DNA of 64,000 bases from Chlamydiales bacterium (lineage in GTDB: Bacteria > Chlamydiota > Chlamydiia > Chlamydiales > JAAZZY01), in NCBI GenBank assembly GCA_965206695.1, contig CBDBKM010000010.1, forward strand, positions 32,001 through 96,000. Reading direction: 5' to 3'. The notes beneath the pieces were generated by a model. The model worked only from the letters and a program-made list of their open reading frames with translations, had not been told where the DNA came from and ran no database searches. Of the stretch, positions 60,265 to 64,000 are shown piece after piece. The translations under genes and the position numbers were made by a program. Position 1 is the stretch's first letter, and the number at the start of each line of letters is the position of its first letter.

Positions 60265-61566
60265 TTGATGCCCTGCCCCTTTCATAAAACGGCCTCTCCA
60301 TCTGAAAATAAAAGTGCTGTGATTCCTTTTAAAAAGCCTCCCTTAACTTTTTACGGAATTTCTCTTCTAAAATTGCTTGTTCTAAGAAATCTAGAAAAAG
60401 TACTAGCAAATGGCTTTAACAAAATGGGGGATTTATTTCAGGCGCGGACTTATCTTTTTATGAAGGGGTTAAAAAACCTGAGGTTTCTCTTTTCAGCGGA
60501 CCCAAAATATATGCAGAGAGCACCCATCTCTGAGGCAGGCCCGACTTCCCTTGCAACAATGGATGGTGCAAAGCAAATAGCACATAAAAAATTTGTTATG
60601 CAGGCTTTCAAAAAAAATTATTTACTGAGATATGCGAAAGAAACCGTGACGGTCTCTCTAGAATTTTTCGATAAACTAAGAGGCGAGGTGGATATTCAGA
60701 AAGATATGATGCGCCTTGCTACAATTATAGTATTAAATAGCTTGCTTGGTTTGAACGATGATAATTCAGAATTTGATTCATTCTTGAATGGCTATAATAT
60801 TATGTCAAAACGAGGGTCTGAAAAGAAGACTCGTAAAAGCTCTTTTCAAAAAGCAATGAAAATTAAACCAATTCTTTGGGGCCAAATCCGGTATTTGCTA
60901 CAAGACCGCGCTATAAACCCTTCAAATGATATTCTTAGTGCTTTTAATAGTGAACGGAAAAAATGCCCTAGTATTACAGATGAAAATGCACAAAATTATA
61001 TTTACATGCTTGCTGAATTTGGTCAGGAGGATTTAGGCATGATTTTGACCTTTGCGCTGTCAACGCTCGGATATTACAGAAACTTTAGAGAAACGTTGCT
61101 AGCAGAAGTTAAAAGTATTACTTCACCAAATCCCTCAATTGAAGAAGTAACCTCTCTACCTTTTTTGAAGTTTTATATTCAAGAACTTGAACGACTTTTT
61201 CCTCCAGTACCTTATTTTTTAAGATACGTGGTAGAGGATACACTTTTTAAAGGGCATTTGATAAAGAAAGAAACAACAATTGTAGCCTCAATTTACCATT
61301 CTCACACTGATTCAAATATTTTCAAAGACCCAATGGAATTTAACCCTAGGCGTTATCTGAGCGAAAGTCAAAAATACGTTTTAGCTTTTGGTGGTGGATA
61401 TCATATGTGCCCTGCAAAGCAATACATATATATGCAAGTTAGACTAATTTTGTTTTCACTACTTAGGCATTATAAAATTGAAAACACAAACCAAAAACCT
61501 TATATAATTTATTCACCCCGAACAGGGTTAAAAAATAATATAAAGCTTAGGATTAACAAACTATGA
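60265..61566 (+). CDS. Cytochrome P450
   Basis: ExxR (ELER), FNPRRY, heme motif FGGGYHMCPA. Confidence 0.92.
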   Translation: MMPCPFHKTASPSENKSAVIPFKKPPLTFYGISLLKLLVLRNLEKVLANGFNKMGDLFQARTYLFMKGLKNLRFLFSADPKYMQRAPISEAGPTSLATMDGAKQIAHKKFVMQAFKKNYLLRYAKETVTVSLEFFDKLRGEVDIQKDMMRLATIIVLNSLLGLNDDNSEFDSFLNGYNIMSKRGSEKKTRKSSFQKAMKIKPILWGQIRYLLQDRAINPSNDILSAFNSERKKCPSITDENAQNYIYMLAEFGQEDLGMILTFALSTLGYYRNFRETLLAEVKSITSPNPSIEEVTSLPFLKFYIQELERLFPPVPYFLRYVVEDTLFKGHLIKKETTIVASIYHSHTDSNIFKDPMEFNPRRYLSESQKYVLAFGGGYHMCPAKQYIYMQVRLILFSLLRHYKIENTNQKPYIIYSPRTGLKNNIKLRINKL

Positions 61567-62443
61567 TTCCTATAATTGGTATTTCCCCTTCTTTAGGAGG
61601 CTCAAATGAAAACTCTAATCACGCTGCTGACTATATTTTTAATAATGCACAAATACTAAAAAAGGGGCTGTTTCAAAAAGAGGCTATTTTTCGAGCAGAC
61701 TCCACGGTTTTAGATAAATATTTATCAATGAACCGGCTATTTACTTCTGTGGCTGAGCAAACCTGCGAGTATGTAACAAATAATTCTTTTTTTACTGCAG
61801 TAAAACAGGGGACCATTCTTCAGCTGTTGGCACATGGAGCGGAGTGAGTGAAGCCTTAGCACCTGAAAACTACTTAGGACTTATTTGGATTGATGCTCAT
61901 TTAGATGCCCATACCCCTTAAACTTCTGAAACTGGAAATATTCATGGGATGTCTCTTGCTGCCTTGCTTGGATATGGAAAAACTGAGTTCACATCAATTC
62001 TTTCTACTAATGTCAAAATCCAGCCTGAAAATTTAATTATTATCGGAGCTAGAAGCTTTGCAGAGAGTGAACACCAATTATTGAAACAACTTGGTGTTAA
62101 AATTTATTATATTGAAGACGTAAATGATCTTGGCTTGAAAAGAGTTTTAGAGGAGTCTGTGAATTTTTTTGCTGAAAGACAGATTAAGTACGGTGTCAGC
62201 TTTGACTTAGATGTTTTAGATAATACTATTATTAAATCTGTAGGTACGTCCGTAAAAGGAGGAATAGGAAGAAAAGAATCCTTGCCAAGTCTTTCAATTT
62301 TTGAAGGTTATTCTCTTGTTGCTTTTGAAATCGTAGATTATAATCCTTCATTAGATACATCCTCGGAGGGAATCAACTTTATCAATGAAATGCTTATTAA
62401 AATTCACCGTATTGGCTGTCCACTATCTTCTGTAAGGGATTGA
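61563..62443 (+). pseudogene. Arginase pseudogene
   Basis: [31 protein letters not shown] motifs; frameshift near 61800-61807 and in-frame TAA at 61919-61921. Confidence 0.92.
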
Positions 62444-62444
62444 A

Positions 62445-63860
62445 ATGACAACTAGCTTTAATCAAAAGACAACTTTAAAGCCAGATGCACTCACTAAATA
62501 CCCTATTGGCTCTCTATTAGAGTTTTGGAGTGTTTCATGGCCACTCATGTTAGGCTTTTTATCAAGTCATGCAATGATTTTTATTGATAGGCTTTATTTG
62601 GCACGCTACTCAATTGATTCATTGAATGCAGTTGCAAACTCAAGCTTAGCCTATTACTCTGTAACCGTAATTCCGATGGCCATATGCGCAGTATCTGAAG
62701 TGCTTGTGGGTCATCTTCGTGGTGCAAATAAATTTTCGAATATTGGAGTTGTAACATGGCAGATGGTTTGGCTATCACTTATGTTTTCTCCTTTATTTTT
62801 CTTAATAGGAAAATATTTGAGCCCCTACTTTTTTTTAAATACGGGAAACGAAGCAAATGAAATTCTGTACTTTTCAACGCTTTTAACGTTTGCTCCTTTT
62901 GCGTGCTGTAACATGGCTTTAAATGCTTTTTTTATTGGCCTTGGCAAAATAAAATTTGTGGCTATTAGTACCTTAATAGGTAATTTATCCAATATGGTTC
63001 TGGGATATTTTTTTATATTAGGTTGTCAAGGATTCTTAGGTTTAGGTGTTAAAGGTGCTGGTGTGGCAATGGGAATCTCACAAATTATTCAGTGTGTTGC
63101 ACTTTTTACGTTTTTTTTTACTAAAAAAAATATTGTTAAATATGGAGTAGCTAGAGTTAGATGGAATTGTGCTTCATTCAGTGAAAGCTTTAAACTCGGC
63201 TTACCGGCTGGAGCGGCCCATTTTATGGAAGTTTCAGCTCATTACTTATTTTTTAGAATTTTAATTAAATCAGGGGCGGATTGCTTAACAATTGTTGTAG
63301 TAGTTCAGAGTTTTTCTATGTTCGTGGCTTTTTTAATAGAAGCTCAGTCTAAGGGCGTGACAGCTATTATTTCGAATTTGATTGGCTCAAAATCTATTAG
63401 CTATGTTCCAAAAGTTATAAAGACCGCTTTTTCATTTCATGCTTTATTATTTCTTGCCCTTCTCTCTCTCTTTACTTTAGCTCCGGGGCTTATTCTGGGA
63501 ATTTTAATTTCTAAGAGTCAACCGGAGTTCTTGATAAACCTTTATTTCAGACAAAGCTTCATAGCCGCATTTTTTTGGATGCTGCTTTTCTTTTTATTAG
63601 ATGGATTTAGCTGGATCATAATTGGTTTTTTGACTTCAATAAAAGAAACTGTATTTATATTTGTATGCAGTACATTTATTCACTGGTTTTTTTACCTACC
63701 ACTAGCATATCTCTTGCTAATTAAGATGAACCGGGGAAGTGGCATTGCCTGGATGACAATTGCACTCTGTTCCTTCATTCACTTTACAGTTTTTTTTCTC
63801 AGATACAGACAAAAATACGCCGAGAAAAAACTTGAATACGTTTCTTCTAAAGAACTTTAA
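62445..63860 (+). CDS. MATE-family efflux transporter
   Basis: SWPLML, FIDRLYLA, LGVKGAGVA; highly hydrophobic 471-aa protein with two-repeat architecture. Confidence 0.9.
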   Translation: MTTSFNQKTTLKPDALTKYPIGSLLEFWSVSWPLMLGFLSSHAMIFIDRLYLARYSIDSLNAVANSSLAYYSVTVIPMAICAVSEVLVGHLRGANKFSNIGVVTWQMVWLSLMFSPLFFLIGKYLSPYFFLNTGNEANEILYFSTLLTFAPFACCNMALNAFFIGLGKIKFVAISTLIGNLSNMVLGYFFILGCQGFLGLGVKGAGVAMGISQIIQCVALFTFFFTKKNIVKYGVARVRWNCASFSESFKLGLPAGAAHFMEVSAHYLFFRILIKSGADCLTIVVVVQSFSMFVAFLIEAQSKGVTAIISNLIGSKSISYVPKVIKTAFSFHALLFLALLSLFTLAPGLILGILISKSQPEFLINLYFRQSFIAAFFWMLLFFLLDGFSWIIIGFLTSIKETVFIFVCSTFIHWFFYLPLAYLLLIKMNRGSGIAWMTIALCSFIHFTVFFLRYRQKYAEKKLEYVSSKEL

Positions 63861-64000
63861 AAGTTGTTTATAGCAAACCATAAGTCATAACGAATTTGAA
63901 GATTCAACCAAAATTCAGGAGAAGTTCCCAAGGCATCTGCAAAATCTAAGGCTATACTTTCTGTTATTCGAGGCTTCTTGTTGATAATTTCACTAACTTT
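63857..64000 (-). CDS. higA: HigA-family antitoxin, 3' part (truncated by window end; absent from ORF track)
   Basis: Minus-strand translation KVSEIINKKPRITESIALDFADALGTSPEFWLNLQIRYDLWFAINNF*. Confidence 0.88.
   Translation of the reverse strand, partial: KVSEIINKKPRITESIALDFADALGTSPEFWLNLQIRYDLWFAINNF

Noticed and set aside
1..64000. CRISPR array, rRNA, retron/DGR or anti-phage defence genes
   Set aside because: No regularly spaced repeats, rRNA-like sequence, reverse transcriptase or cas motifs seen; the long repeats are all IS copies

Overview
AT-rich bacterial DNA, most likely from an environmental Chlamydiota genome (inferred from the chlamydia-style gspDEFG/pseudopilin locus and the rplU-rpmA-obgE block converging on a metal ABC transporter). 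Bases 1-24.7 kb are housekeeping chromosome: a type II secretion operon interrupted by a decayed IS200/IS605 tnpB element and an FkbM-like gene, one IS630, pta-ackA, moxR-DUF58, an orphan histidine kinase, parB, rplU-rpmA-obgE, a znuABC-like transporter and tRNA-Ser(GGA). An apparent genomic island starts at the tRNA 3' end. It begins with a broken large serine recombinase whose stop codon abuts the tRNA, followed by a nested IS stack (IS982 remnant < IS30 < IS630-A < IS630-B). Next is a ~34 kb co-oriented hybrid NRPS / AT-less PKS cluster: Ntn-acylase, MbtH, methyltransferase, TEII, PPTase, four assembly-line genes, an atypical P450, an arginase pseudogene and a MATE exporter. A HigA-type antitoxin is cut by the window edge. 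A-domain codes read by eye suggest (acyl)-Asn-Ala-D-Ser-Orn-ketide-ketide-methyl-Asn. There is no AT and no terminal thioesterase in the window, and there are signs of decay (a 1-nt frameshift in the last megasynthase, a doubly broken arginase). No database searches were run, so novelty is unverified.
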